A DNA stretch of 63,975 nucleotides, counting the filler, from Phoronis australis (Eukaryota; Animalia; Phoronida): NCBI GenBank assembly GCA_002633005.1. It is 9 parts of 9 records of this genome, joined end to end, with 100 filler letters (N's around TTAATTAATTAA, not from the genome) between each part and the next. Parts side by side here need not be neighbours in the genome. Positions count along the whole stretch, not along the records: positions 52,286 to 54,933 come from NMRA01000646.1; positions 55,034 to 57,408 come from NMRA01003707.1; positions 57,509 to 62,038 come from NMRA01002561.1; positions 62,139 to 63,975 come from NMRA01001328.1; 5 more parts are not named here. One strand, given 5' to 3'. Position numbers and translations under genes: made by a program. The notes beneath the pieces were generated by a model. It was not told the DNA's origin, searched no databases, and saw only the letters and a program-made list of their open reading frames with translations. This document shows positions 52,286 to 63,975 of this stretch, one piece after another; positions within the stretch are counted from its first letter, which is position 1; each line of letters begins with the position of its first letter.

Positions 52286-52470
52286 GCTAAATCTTCATTC
52301 TTTAAAAGTCGGGGATGGGCGCTTAACCGAGAGGTGGGCGCTTAACTGGAAATCTTCAAAAATCGCAGGGGGGCGCTTAACCGAGCAGTGGGCGGTTAAA
52401 TCGAAAATCCACCTAAAGTAGGGGGTGGGCGGTTAACTGAGCATGGGCGTTTACCCGAACGTTTACGGTA
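52286..52470. mobile_element. End of a Tc1/mariner-type MITE with gggcgcttaaccga subrepeats
   Basis: About six gggcg(c/g)ttaac units ending in aacgtttacggta. Confidence 0.55.
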
Positions 52471-52808
52471 TGTGCCGTCTGCTGTATTTGAAGAACATGC
52501 TGTGTCCTTGAATCTGTGAACAAACTTCATGATTTCTTAACATCAAAAATTATTTTCTCCTCTAAATGTTGTTGAACCGTCTGGCATGTTTGCTTGGAAA
52601 TAGTACACTCTGTCCGTCACAGTCAGAAATTAACAGGAAAGCTGTTATGTTTGGTGTCTTTGTAATTTGTGGTAAAATGTTTCTTATTTATGAGAATGAA
52701 AAACGTATATGGATAATTCTTCACAATTTGTTAATTAAAGTTAATATGCATATGAATAGAAGGCAATTAACTTGGAATTTCATAAGCACTGTCCAGTGTT
52801 TCTTACAG

Positions 52809-52925
52809 ATTATACAGGTACCAACTGTGAAACCAAGATTGACTTCTGTGAAAAATGCAAAGCCCGTCGGCTGGGATGCCGTATTCTTAACGTATACCCA
52901 TACTTTAAGTGCAAGTGCCCTGAAG
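52809..52925 (+). CDS. Phase 1-1 exon encoding an EGF-like module
   Basis: Acceptor ttcttacag and donor gtatga; 117 bp encoding YTGTNCETKIDFCEKCKARRLGCRILNVYPYFKCKCPEG. Confidence 0.8.
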
Positions 52926-52997
52926 GTATGATGTGTGGGTTATTGCATTGCAACTTGTCACATGTAAATTATTGAGTAGCTTCCGCTCATTGCTCAG

Positions 52998-53400
52998 TTT
53001 TGTATGCACCATGTGCTTGTGCTTGCATGCATATGTATCATGTACGTGTGCCTCCATGCGTATGCACCATGTACTTGTGCCTGCATGCGTGTGCACCATG
53101 TACTTGTGCCTGCATGCATATGTATCATGTACGTGTGCTTGCATGCATATGCACCATGTGCATGTGCTTGCATGCGTGTGCACCATGTACGCGTGCTTGC
53201 ATTCGTGTGCACCATGTACGCGTGGTTGCATGCGTGTGCACCATGTACGCGTGCTTGCATGCGTGTGCACCATCATGCGTGTGCACCATGTATGCGTGCT
53301 TGCATGCGTGTGCACCATGTATGCGTGCTTGCATGCGTGTGCACCATGTATGCATGCTTGCATGCGTGTGCACCATGTACATGTGCTTGCTTGTGTGTGC
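52998..53400 (+). repeat. ~29-bp minisatellite (gtgcttgcatgcgtgtgcaccatgtacgc), ~13-14 copies, intronic
   Basis: Directly visible; explains the six overlapping C/M/H/V-rich ORFs in the track. Confidence 0.95.
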
Positions 53401-53999
53401 ATGACACTGTGTGCGTTATGCTATCATCCCCGTCTAACATCTGCTAGATGGTCATTAAGTTTTTGCAGATGTTTTCCTGTATTGGATGGGATGGCAGAAC
53501 CAAATTTTCTGACAGATCAGACTACCAGTGTGTTCCGTAGCAGCAATTTTATTTTTTTTTTTACATTCTCTTGACTTTGTGTCTTCAAAATGCCTGGACA
53601 CATTTTCATGAAATTTGGCAGGAGACCATCTTCCCGTTTTGGGATGAATTTAGTGTATTCTGCGTCCCCTAGTGGACATTGTTTCTATTTTTGCTTGCCT
53701 CTCTCAACTAAAGCACTCTGAGGATCATTATGAAAATTGGCATAGATGTTGCTACTGAGAAGAACAAGGCTGAAAATTATTTACGGAAAATTCCCACAAC
53801 TGTGGCATCTCCTTGTTGCGGTTGTTTTTTTGGATCCACTGCATTTATCTCCTAAACTCTGTGCAGGATGTATGTACATTTGACAAGTGTTTTTCTATGA
53901 TAGTGACAATGGATGAGGATGACTTTCAGACAGATTGTCATGACATTTGCAAATAGCTTTGAATATTACCTTGTTTATAATTCCCCTCTTCAGATGCAT

Positions 54000-54098
54000 T
54001 TGACATAGCATACGCCACCTACTGGCCATTTTTATTAGTTTCTAGTTGGCATAGCATACGCCACCTACTGGCCATTTTTATTAGTTGCTAGTTGGCAT
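54000..54098 (+). repeat. ~48-bp direct duplication
   Basis: catagcatacgccacctactggccatttttattagtt(t/g)ctagttgg x2. Confidence 0.9.
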
Positions 54099-54356
54099 CT
54101 GCCTCTGTATTGCCCGAACTACTATAATTATCATTGTGAAAATTGGTATATGTGTTCCCACTGACAATGATTTTTGCATTGCTTTGACCGCTGCAGTGCC
54201 CTCTAGTGGTTATTTTGCGTCCTAAATCCCTTGCAGGATTTCTGTGAAATAAGGAAAGTATGTTTCTTTGAACGTAGCATGGGATGACAATGAGTTTCAG
54301 GCATATCTGAATACTGTTGTGTACCCTGGTGGCAATTTAATTTTTTCATATTTTCA

Positions 54357-54549
54357 TTGTGCTTAATTCATGGGCACATCATGTGAATGCTGTCACCTGT
54401 CACCCTTGTGCTTAATTCATGGTCACATCATGTGAATGATGTCACCTGTCAAACTTGTGCTTAATTCATGGGCACATCATGTGAATGCTGTCACCTGTCA
54501 CCCTTGTGCTTAATTCATGGGCACATCATGTGAATGCTGTCACCCTTGT
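54357..54549 (+). repeat. ~49-bp tandem repeat x4
   Basis: Unit ttgtgcttaattcatgggcacatcatgtgaatgctgtcacctgtcaccc. Confidence 0.92.
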
Positions 54550-55487
54550 GGTATTTGTTTTTTGCAGCCGCCTCTCTGTGAAACCATTTAAACTATAATT
54601 ATGTAACTTTACTTCATCTTGTTTGTACTGCGGATAGGACTCCACATGTCAATAATTGGACACAAAGTTGTATAGGGATGCATCCCCTAGTGGCAATTTT
54701 AACTTTTTTGACATCCATTCAAAAGACCCTTCATGTTACTTGACACTTGTTTTCTATCTACAGATAAGACAACATCTTCTGATTGTTTGACAAATACCAC
54801 TAAACCTATACCCTGTAGCAGCAGTGCAATCTTTTTTACATCCACCTTCTACCTTATTGGTTGATGGATGTTCATGCAATTCAGCAGAATATGTTTTCAT
54901 TAATGAGATGGTTCCCTGTCAGTTTGTGGTTTANNNNNNNNNNNNNNNNNNNNNNNNNNNNNNNNNNNNNNNNNNNNTTAATTAATTAANNNNNNNNNNN
55001 NNNNNNNNNNNNNNNNNNNNNNNNNNNNNNNNNTTCAAGTGAGATAGCGCAGTTTTGAAAAGATTCCGTCACTTGCCGAGAACGGTTTTTGAGCATCCGC
55101 AATGCAAGCCGAATATTTCATATTGAGAAAGCGCATCTTTGAAAAGAAGAACCAACACTTGTCGGGAACGGTCTTGTGCGTAGACAGCGCACATTTCTTA
55201 TTGGGAAAGCCAGATTTTCAAAAATTAATCGCGCAGACCATTTGAGTCTCATTTACCTGCAACTCTACTGCTATCAAATGAACGAGCCAGCAATGTTGAT
55301 ACTACGACCGCTCATCGAAATAATGTACACTCACGAAATTCGGACAATAGCGGAAACCCAAATTTGGAGGTCCGCCAAATTCGGACACCACAGAAATGAT
55401 GTTTCGCGAGATTCGTCCAAGAATGAATTTTTTCTATTGGAATTAATTTTCAGTGTCCGAAAATCACGCGACTTTACCGTATATACC

Positions 55488-55716
55488 ACTTTCCTCACAG
55501 CTGCATAGTTTGGACAAGCAGGAACGATGCACCCTAACATTGCGGCATTCACTCTGTAAATGAACCACTGACGTCACTGCGTCGTTGCTCACCTTCCTCA
55601 CAGGTTAACACGACACCTCTTGGCAAGTTAAGGTCGACCATATGCGAGGCAATGTGGATATAGACCAATTAAAATGGTAAAAATGACTAATTAAATCGGG
55701 TGACATTCTCCTTTAA
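55488..55716 (-). mobile_element. Kolobok-like element, copy 3, interrupted by a TA-targeting MITE (~55326-55481)
   Basis: Reverse complement begins TTAA-AGGAGAATGTCACC and follows copy 2 through MNAAMLGCIVPACPNYAA, then switches to tacggtaaagtcgcgtgattttcggaca. Confidence 0.65.
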
Positions 55717-56199
55717 AGGTGTTGACGTAGAAAATCGCTTGAGTTGAAGATGAAGTTCATTTTCTGTTCTGCTCATACTATTACTATTTATAAATGCGTG
55801 TCTGAAAATATTGTAAAAGTTGGAGAAACATACTATCTATATAAGTTAAATGTGACAATAGAATGAATCTTAGTTTTGTTAAATTCATCAAATGCTAACT
55901 TTTTTCTGGCTTTTGCAAGAAGACAAGGTTTTGTGTTTAGATATGTCCATTCTTTTCAGTATTAGATGTATATTTTGTTTCCTCAGGTTTGTACTTACCT
56001 AAATAATGTCACATAGACCTACTTTTGTTGCTCACATTGCACGATAATAAAGAATAATTTCTTTCAATTATGAGTAGTGGTGGTAATTGAAAATTATTCA
56101 GAATCGATCAATTAGAAACCGTAAACGACATTGTCACTGAGTACTAGGAAGGCTGTTCGCTAGGACATACGAGACCAGATAAAAGCACAGATTCTGCTT

Positions 56200-56397
56200 C
56201 TCTGCCCTATGCTACAGATGACACTGCCCTGTGCTACAGATGACACTAACACTGCACTGTGCTACAGGTGACACTGCACTGTGCTACAGGTGACACTGCA
56301 CTGTGCTACAGATGACACTGCACTGTGCTACAGATGACACTGCACTGTGCTACAGATGACACTGCACTGTGCTACAGATGACACTGCACTGTGCTAC
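56200..56397 (+). repeat. 22-bp minisatellite (ctgtgctacagatgacactgca), ~8-9 copies
   Basis: Directly visible. Confidence 0.95.
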
Positions 56398-56686
56398 CAG
56401 ACAAAGATGAGTGTCCGGGTGAGGTGATTTCTCCCAGTTTATGTGACTTTTTATTTTTTTTTTCAATTTTAATCACAGATTTACGCGCAGCCAAGGAGAC
56501 ACTGCCTCATTTACATGAATCTTTACATTTTTTATGCAAGTCTCAGATCACAGCCTCGATTTTATCATCTTGGAATCGATTTCGATTCAATGTTTTTCTT
56601 TAGCAACATCTGCCGTCACCGAATCATTGCAACACTGATTGTAAGTGGATTTTGGACACGGCAAATGCATGCAACATGAACCTTAC

Positions 56687-56822
56687 CTGTCAGCGTATGA
56701 CACAGCCTGATCTGATCCATATGTCGACAAAAGAACATCTGAATCTTCTTTACTCAAGTTGGCGAATGCCGAGTCATAGTAAGGTGCATAACTACTGAAT
56801 GGTCCACTCTGCAGATACGTGA
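56687..56822 (-). CDS. BRD7: Internal exon of bromodomain-containing protein 7/9 (DUF3512 region)
   Basis: Acceptor tttttccttgcag and donor gtaagg; encodes TYLQSGPFSSYAPYYDSAFANLSKEDSDVLLSTYGSDQAVSYAD, matching BRD7 YLNYGPYSSYAPHYDSTFANISKDDSDLIYSTYG as recalled. Confidence 0.88.
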
Positions 56823-57280
56823 CTGCAAGGAAAAAGATGAAATAACAAAACTAGCTTTATTTGAAAACACCATAGACTTTTTGCCTACTACAATAACTTA
56901 AAAGAGCATGGAATGCAAAAACTCGTAAATAAAAATCTTTTAAACAGATGGTGGCGAATCTAGTACGTCAGAGTTACTCACTTTGAAAGCAGCAAATATT
57001 TCTTAAAAAATCATCAGCTTCGCTATTTTTGAAACACAGATGAAATACTTTTATCCCAATACAATGCGCGTATGCACTCAAAGAAATTAGACTGCTTGAA
57101 AGTCTTTTGTTTACATCAAAGGCCAAACAAGGGAAACATACTACGTCCAAGTCTTGCCATAACAAATAAGGGAGACGTGGATTGCTGTATGGAAGGAAAA
57201 AATGACGAATTGATGAGCAGATGACAGATTGTTTTTTTTTTTGAAATTTGAAGCTAAAGGAAAATGACTCCACTGACTCC

Positions 57281-57408
57281 CGTTACCATTTGCACTTTGA
57301 GCCAGAGAGTTCACTTTGAATACTGTGATGTTACCATTTGCACTATGTCAGGTCACCATAATACTTTGAGCCAGAGAGTTCACTTTGAATACTGTGATGT
57401 CACCATTT
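57281..57408 (+). repeat. ~70-bp tandem repeat at contig end
   Basis: actttgagccagagagttcactttgaatactgtgatgt(t/c)accattt x2. Confidence 0.85.
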
Positions 57409-58077
57409 NNNNNNNNNNNNNNNNNNNNNNNNNNNNNNNNNNNNNNNNNNNNTTAATTAATTAANNNNNNNNNNNNNNNNNNNNNNNNNNNNNNNNNNNN
57501 NNNNNNNNAATGAGATGGTGTCATTGTGGAAAAAGATTTTATTTTCAACTTTTATAACCGATTTATGCGATCGTCCATTTTAGGACGACTTGGGGGTCTA
57601 AATTGCACCCTCTCTCGGTGAAATCAAAACGAGACAACGCTGTAAAAAACGAGATGGTGCCGGACATTGAATGCATTACAACGGAGCAAAAATTGGTGTC
57701 ATTTAATTCTCAGATTATGCTTCAAGTAAGATTCTATGAAACGTCCGATATTTAGGTTCCGTCCGATAATTAGGTACACTTTGTGTAGAATAGTCATGCC
57801 GTGTCACACTTGGTCCAAAACGTCACAATGACGTCAAAATGACGTCATGCTGAATATTTCCTTAAACAAGGTCTCTGGTCATGCTTACTTTCAAATATCA
57901 GTTCTAGCTCGAAATTTATAGAAGCAAAACTTGCGCAAACAATCGCACACATTTTAGAAAAGAACGGGGTAACATGAACGCATAGGTAAATATTGATTAA
58001 TAATACGCTTCTGTGATCATCGAGGAATCAAAAACTGTCATAATGTGGTTTCATTAGCTAATAAACTAAACTCTTAC

Positions 58078-61000
58078 CCCACAAATCCAGTGTTCCTGAT
58101 GAAAGGAAAGTCTCACCATATCTATCCGAAGTGAGTGTCTGTAAAGACAGAATTTCGTGTTTGCAACTCGACTTTGGTGTTCAGAACTAGTTACCATAAT
58201 ACCACAACAATTGAAGACTATAAAGCCAATTTCACTTTCAATTGACACTACCGGATGTGCTATTTATTTTTGGTCGTGTTCAACAAGGGGATTCTCAACT
58301 GCTTCACTATGGAAATTTTCTTTTTTACAAAATGCAATTTAAAGGGGCATTCCTGGCCAGTAAAGTGATTTCACAGAAATTTAGAGTATCGGAGAATCGA
58401 ACTAATTAACTCCACAGTAGAACCCGAACGCTCTGAACAAAATATCCCACGGGTTACATAGCACAGAACTGTCAATTTGTAATAAAATCACAAAAACGGA
58501 TTCTGGTACTTTCTAGCTCTGGTCAAAGCTAATAACTCCAGGAGGTTTACCCAGTTTAACAATACACGTAGTCACAAAATAGCGTTTTTCGGGGGCAAAA
58601 ATGGTCATGTCCCTTTCACTGGGTTTGATCAATTTCATGAACTCCTGGGCCGCTGTCTTTTCATTAACCTTCAACACTTCAAATTCTCCAACAATGAATG
58701 TTACGAAAGAACTAAAACACAGTAACAGCAGTATTGCGTTCATTATTTATACTATGTTGTGTATTTCAAATTTTGACTACAGACAAATCAGACCTTATAT
58801 TACAATCTATGGATTTTGGGAAGACGTTTAGATATGAAAACGCAGAATTCGAAACCAACCAATGGATTCACCCATATTTCCAGCCAACACTCAGGTCCGC
58901 TGAATGATGCACCACAAATCTCATATCCCAAACATCTCTGGTACCCGTGACAGAAGAATCTATAATCTATCGCGGGTAAAAAGATCAACGAATAAAAAGA
59001 AACTTGTTTGAACTACCTGCCAGTGAGTGTTGTTTACAAGATCAATCAACATCCATTTATTCAGTGAAGCATCTCCATGTATTTTATACAGTTACGAGAG
59101 GTAAATTGCGGATATCAAGTTAAGTTACGTGTACTTACAGGTTTGATGTGCAAGTTGCCATTCCTGGCGTACGAATTTGAACGGTTGTTGACGTAGTACT
59201 CAAATTCCCAATTCTGAAAATATAGGAAAATGAAATACCGACTTTTGAACACTTACAACTGCAGTTATAAGCCCGCCTTTCGTAAGAAATCAATTTTTTA
59301 TTTAGACCATTTTTTCAGTTATGAAATAGGCGGTCTTAAGTAGTTCCTTATTCAAATTGCTGCTATGAAACTGGTCCCACCTGGTACCTCACTCAGATGA
59401 TAAGTGGCTTTGTTTTTAGAAAGAAATAGCAGTTCGCCATTTGGGTCAGGCCAGGCTCAAAGAAGTTGTTAAGGCGGGGCGGGGTCCTGCGTGAATGTGT
59501 TACTAAGCCTAGCACGCAGTTACGAACCGTCAGTTTTTTCCAAGCAGAGAAACAACTTCTCGTCTGAGTGAGGAACAAGTGGAAACTGATAGAGGTGAAT
59601 GGTCTACGCAAATCAAAAGTTCACAGCTTTGACGGAATGGTGTCAACTATGCAAGTAGTAGGTATATGGACAATGTGTGGATGTTTCCGACGCACGTAAA
59701 TTACGCGAGTAAGTTAACCATTTTTAACGGCTTAACTTAATTATTAACGTGGTGAATTAAGTATGGAACGATAACTTTCCCGCGCTTGCACAGCTGCAGA
59801 CGACTTACACCGCCGCCACTCGCAGTGATCTCGTGCTCCCACGTGGAAAAATTCAGCGTATCAAAATTATCTTCAAATATAAGACATGGGTAGGATGTAC
59901 ACTCTTCCGGCTTTGGAGTTGGTTGAGGCGGGACAGGGTGCGTGGTGTTTGACTTCGAAGTGGTGGCGGGAGACGTCTCTGTACTTGACTTCTCGGGAGT
60001 TGTAACTGCAGTCGTAGTGTCTTTTGTAGTCGATGTGGTCGTGGTCTCTGTTGACAAATCGAATAACTTGTTGCTGCTGCTGTTGTTGTTCTCAAAACAA
60101 CTTTCACAACTAGTTTATCAGTTAGTTCAGTTGAATGGGTAACTCGGAGGGTAAAGTCATCAACGCAAAGCACATTTTTATAGGCCTTTAATTACACATT
60201 GGCGACATTCAGAGAAAAAAAAATGCCCAAAACAAAAAGAACTTGCTTAGTGAACTTCGATTAAAAGGATACTAAACCCTTTGATGATTTCAACCAATCC
60301 TCGTTCTGTCACCTGCTAATGCATCATTGGCGTCAATCGTCCATATGAAAGGCAGGAATTAAAAAAAAACTCATACTCCCTATGTCAGAGATTGAACATT
60401 ATGGTCCTTGGTGGTGATCGTTTCCCACAATTGCCGTATAATTCGCTACTAGCATAGGTCACGCTTGCCCGTTTAGCAGACTTTGAAAGGAGTTTTCAAA
60501 ATTTCCTTCAAACTTTAGAGAGTTCTTGAAGGATACAGAGCATTACTTGGTTTCAGAGAACTGGGTGGGAAAGTCGTTTTTAGTATCTGGAGGACAAAAC
60601 TGGCTTTGGAATCCTTATCAATTTTTGTTTCAAAATATAATATACTGTCTAGCGCATGTTGAACAACCTCACGGTGAAATGAGATGCCTAGTCAGGTTAA
60701 TTTTTCTACTGAGTATAATTTTTAGTTCACGTCCAATCAGTATATATGGAGTTGTGTATGTCTACGAAAAACTCTACAAGTGATTACCGTACCCGAGGAG
60801 GTTGCGACCCACTGTTGTCCAGTCCACTGTTGTGTGGGGGTGGGCTTGTTTTGGTAGTGTACAAGTATCCAGTAATATATTGTATCGCCAGGTTTCACGT
60901 TGGCATCTGTTACTTCAAACGTCCATTGTGCTGGAATAGAAACAAAAATATCATGACCGATAAGCATGTCATTTGAGGAAGATGCTAATAGAAGACAACA

Positions 61001-61782
61001 GCAACGTGGACCAAATACCAAGCATAGTAGAGGACAAGGAATGCGGCCATCTCGGCTACGGGCGTTTGTCTTGACGTTTGTCGCCTTTAACCCTCATTTT
61101 AGGGATTCTATACACAATGTGTGGAAGCAAATTCTGCTGTGGACCTTTGTTCTGGGGAATCATTTAACCCTACCGTACTTAGTCAGAAGTGAACGTGAGA
61201 TGACCAGACTTGCTTTGGAGAATCGCTGATCCTTCTGGGTAGACGGTTAAGTGAATTGACCAGTCAGCAGACGCGGTGGTGGTTGTGGACGCTGACTGGA
61301 TAGTAATTTGATTCAATTACCGAGCATCCGTAGCGAATGGATGTGGCCTACTTGGCTACGGACTTCTGCAACCTCTGTCTGGAAGTGCCTAATAGCTATA
61401 TTTACATAAGAAGGTTCTCATGTGTTTTAAATCGGGTGTTTTGTGAAATGAGCCCAACCTGCGTGCGACCCTACTGAGGTATCGGACCGCCCGCATTGTT
61501 TTTTACGTGTATAGATGTCATAAAATATGCAATAAAACGTAGCGAGGTAGTGTGCCTTTTTAGGAAAGCGTCAATTTTGGAATGTCGTGTAAACGAAGTG
61601 AACAATAATGGTAAATAAACTAACGAGGTCTCGACTGAAATAAAGTTTTGACATATGTTCAATTGACAAATTCGTACCTGCTGCGTTAATATTAGGACTA
61701 TTGAAATCTCCCGACGCAACACCATGGAGTGGTTTGTTAACGTTAAAATGAACATGGAAATAACCTGCGTGGCCTACATCAC
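58078..61782 (-). CDS. Beta-1,3-glucan-binding protein / beta-1,3-glucanase (CBM39 + Thr/Pro linker + GH16), partial; exons 61678-61782, 60793-60930, 59809-60047, 59139-59213, 58078-58138
   Basis: All exons have GT-AG boundaries with consistent phases: FHVHFNVNKPLHGVASGDFN; WTFEVTDANVKPGDTIYYW; Thr-rich linker-CTSYPCLIFEDNFDTLNFSTWEHEITASGGG; NWEFEYYVNNRSNSYARNGNLHIKP; TLTSDRYGETFLSSGTLDLWG. The first exon and catalytic exons were not found in this contig. Confidence 0.93.
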
Positions 61783-62550
61783 CTGAAAAATAGAAAACGA
61801 CAATAGTTGTAACTGGGTCTGCATATTTCCTTTTCAAAGATTTGTCCAAGCAAGACTATGCGACGAAATTATATTCTTCAACTATAACTGAGAGTCCTCT
61901 GAACAGTTAATACTAGGGTAATATGGCTCGTATTTTTTAAATTACAAATTTCCCAATGGAAACAAATTACACGAAAACCTGCATGCGCAATGAATAAGGC
62001 CGAGCAGACATCATGCTGAGTCATCATGCATACTTAGANNNNNNNNNNNNNNNNNNNNNNNNNNNNNNNNNNNNNNNNNNNNTTAATTAATTAANNNNNN
62101 NNNNNNNNNNNNNNNNNNNNNNNNNNNNNNNNNNNNNNGTTGTGCTATCCACTTAAAAGTCAGATGGGTATTTTGCCCAATCAGGTACTGTTTCGAAGTT
62201 TCGCTCTGTTGTATCTTTGCGATTGCTTGTGCCTTTGCAGTGTCAACAGTGACAAGCAGGGTGAAGGCCCAAGATTGGTATCCTAATGAATGTCAGGTTG
62301 TCTCGGCGTTCTTATTTTGCGCCCACAAAAAAGTGCACGCTGCTAGCCAAATTCAAGACTTGTATTGATGAAATAGAAATGTAATGGTACACTGAAATAA
62401 CGTGGAAAGTTTGTCGGCAGAATTGTGAAGAACGGCTCACTTGCATCATGTCTATTCACCAATGTTCATCAGGTGAGTCACAAAAATCGGCTTACTTGGA
62501 TGAATAGTTACTTTCTAATCGTAATGCCAGACCTATGACAAAGTACTCAC

Positions 62551-62625
62551 GATCTTGAGTTCCTCCAGCTGCTTGACAAGGCTTTCCTTGGTTTTACCCC
62601 TCAGCTCACGAGCCTTCACCTTCAC
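62551..62625 (-). CDS. RPL35: 60S ribosomal protein L35 (uL29), N-terminal coding exon
   Basis: Acceptor gttgttgttctcag and donor gtgagt; 75 bp encoding VKVKARELRGKTKESLVKQLEELKI (cf. [24 protein letters not shown]). Confidence 0.9.
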
Positions 62626-62749
62626 CTGAGAACAACAACACAAACAATGGTGATTTCAGTTCAGAGGTCTCGAGTATCATACCACGACTAGGCACTGTTC
62701 CCCTTCAATTTTCGGGGCTGGATAACAGCCCTACTCCCCAGCAATAGTG

Positions 62750-62855
62750 CAATAGTCTGATATAACGTGCCCGTATTTTGAGAACCAGTTTATGCACGTT
62801 ATTCAGTGGAGAAAACTGGTTCTAAAAATTCGGGCACATTATATCAGACCATTAC
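62750..62855. repeat. Foldback/MITE hairpin, probably in an RPL35 intron
   Basis: gtctgatataacgtgcccgtattttgagaaccagttt ... aaactggttctaaaaattcgggcacattatatcagac, ~37-bp imperfect arms. Confidence 0.8.
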
Positions 62856-63975
62856 CCCATGACAAGTATCTAAAAATCACGCGAAATTCACCCTCATCAG
62901 GTCCAAAAAGTGCTCTCTAATAACTAAGGAATTTGCCCCAATGTTGGAATCAATTCTGCATAGCCTTAGTTTAGGTTACCGGAGGCATTGGCCACAAGGG
63001 GGGGGGACACCAACAGAGAAGGGTGGAATTGGTCGTGACCGGGGAGATTTTCACATCAACACATTATAAAAGACCCGCTCAAAATACACAGACACCTGTC
63101 CTCTAAGGTGAACAAGGATCCCCTCTCACTACACCTCACCAAACATGAAGCTGCACAGTAACTGATACATAATGCACAAAGCACTTTGAAACATCCATCT
63201 ACTTAACACTGGTCTCAACTGGCAATTATGGAAAACTAAATTCGTTGACATCAACTGAGGTATGACCATTATTTCCACACAGAAGATAAATTTTCCTTTA
63301 AAACCAATACAATTTGAATGTCTAAATTGGTTAACTAAACTTCGTAGCACTCGGAAGTTTCACTAGTGACCTGCAGTTGGCGAGCTGCATGTTCCACATT
63401 GACGACAGCAAATTCAGTCTGGCCTTTAATCAACTTTTGGAGACTAGAAATTCAATTGCTGAACTGGCTGAATGAGGTCAAGCTGTACTGAGACATTCCA
63501 AATTGTCTTGAAGACTGCAAACCGATGGCTGTGAACAAGTACGCTAATCCAGTGGACATTGTTTCGTCAACAGGGATCAATTTGGAAACCCGCAGCTCGC
63601 CAATGCCACCTTGTGGTAACAGCAAAAGTAGAGCAGATGGGTCTTTTTTTGAGAATGGATGCCATGAACTTATTTTCATAACAGCTTGGCAATGATATGC
63701 TAAATGCCTACCCCTCCATTAGCCAAGATAGCACGAGGACTGTATTAGGAGGCACGAGGAAATCACAGAAATAAGACACCCAATTGAAGATTGAGTTACA
63801 CTAGTCTGATGAAGTTGTACCACATTAAAAGTTTCAACATTAAATAATCATTTTACTACTCATGCGTTCACAACTACACAAGACATGTGGAAATAGTCTG
63901 TGGAGTCAGTTCTGCCATTTCTACTCATTTCAGGGCTTGGAATGACCAATGACAAAAAATGCGAAAACTTTTACG

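Larger units (their letters stand above)
53580..54933 (-). mobile_element. Old, diverged relative of the 6519-8536 HINE core, in reverse orientation
   Basis: Reverse-complement hallmarks: ttttcatgaaatttgg, attgtgaaaattgg, ctagtggcaatttt, tgcaggat, cctactggccattttta. Confidence 0.6.

Noticed and set aside
52905-53574. Six overlapping Cys/His/Met-rich ORFs resembling metal-binding proteins
   Set aside because: Stop-free artefact of the 29-bp minisatellite.
45719-61782. Apparent cluster of NAT, sulfoquinovosidase, TatD and glucanase as a pathway or island
   Set aside because: The genes are separated by artificial spacers or single-N joins, so there is no evidence of physical linkage.
62160-62905. 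Intronic snoRNA candidates in RPL35 (minus-strand cTGATGA at ~62470 and ~62898)
   Set aside because: No convincing D box with a terminal stem at a suitable distance, and the nearest CTGA lies in a MITE hairpin; needs snoscan or Infernal.

Overview
Animal (bilaterian, probably marine invertebrate) genomic DNA, not prokaryotic. The window joins nine contigs with artificial 100-bp spacers (N44-TTAATTAATTAA-N44), so adjacency across spacers is meaningless. Host coding content: an intronless arylamine N-acetyltransferase; five spliced exons of a CBM39 + Thr-rich linker + GH16 beta-1,3-glucan-binding protein/glucanase; and single exons of a YihQ-like GH31 sulfoquinovosidase, BRD7/9, RPL35 and an EGF-repeat protein. 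There is also a TatD C-terminus. The BRD7/9, RPL35 and TatD pieces and two glucanase exons are missing from the supplied ORF track. The rest is transposon debris (CR1/L2 LINEs, Penelope elements with hammerhead motifs, hAT, Kolobok-like, Helentron/HINE-like elements, MITEs) and tandem repeats. The most notable observations are a HINE-like element whose ~451-bp tandem core carries a co-oriented, ~150-bp-spaced array of CTCF consensus motifs, and an intron-bounded animal sulfoquinovosidase-like exon. All family calls come from motif recognition by eye; no database search was run.
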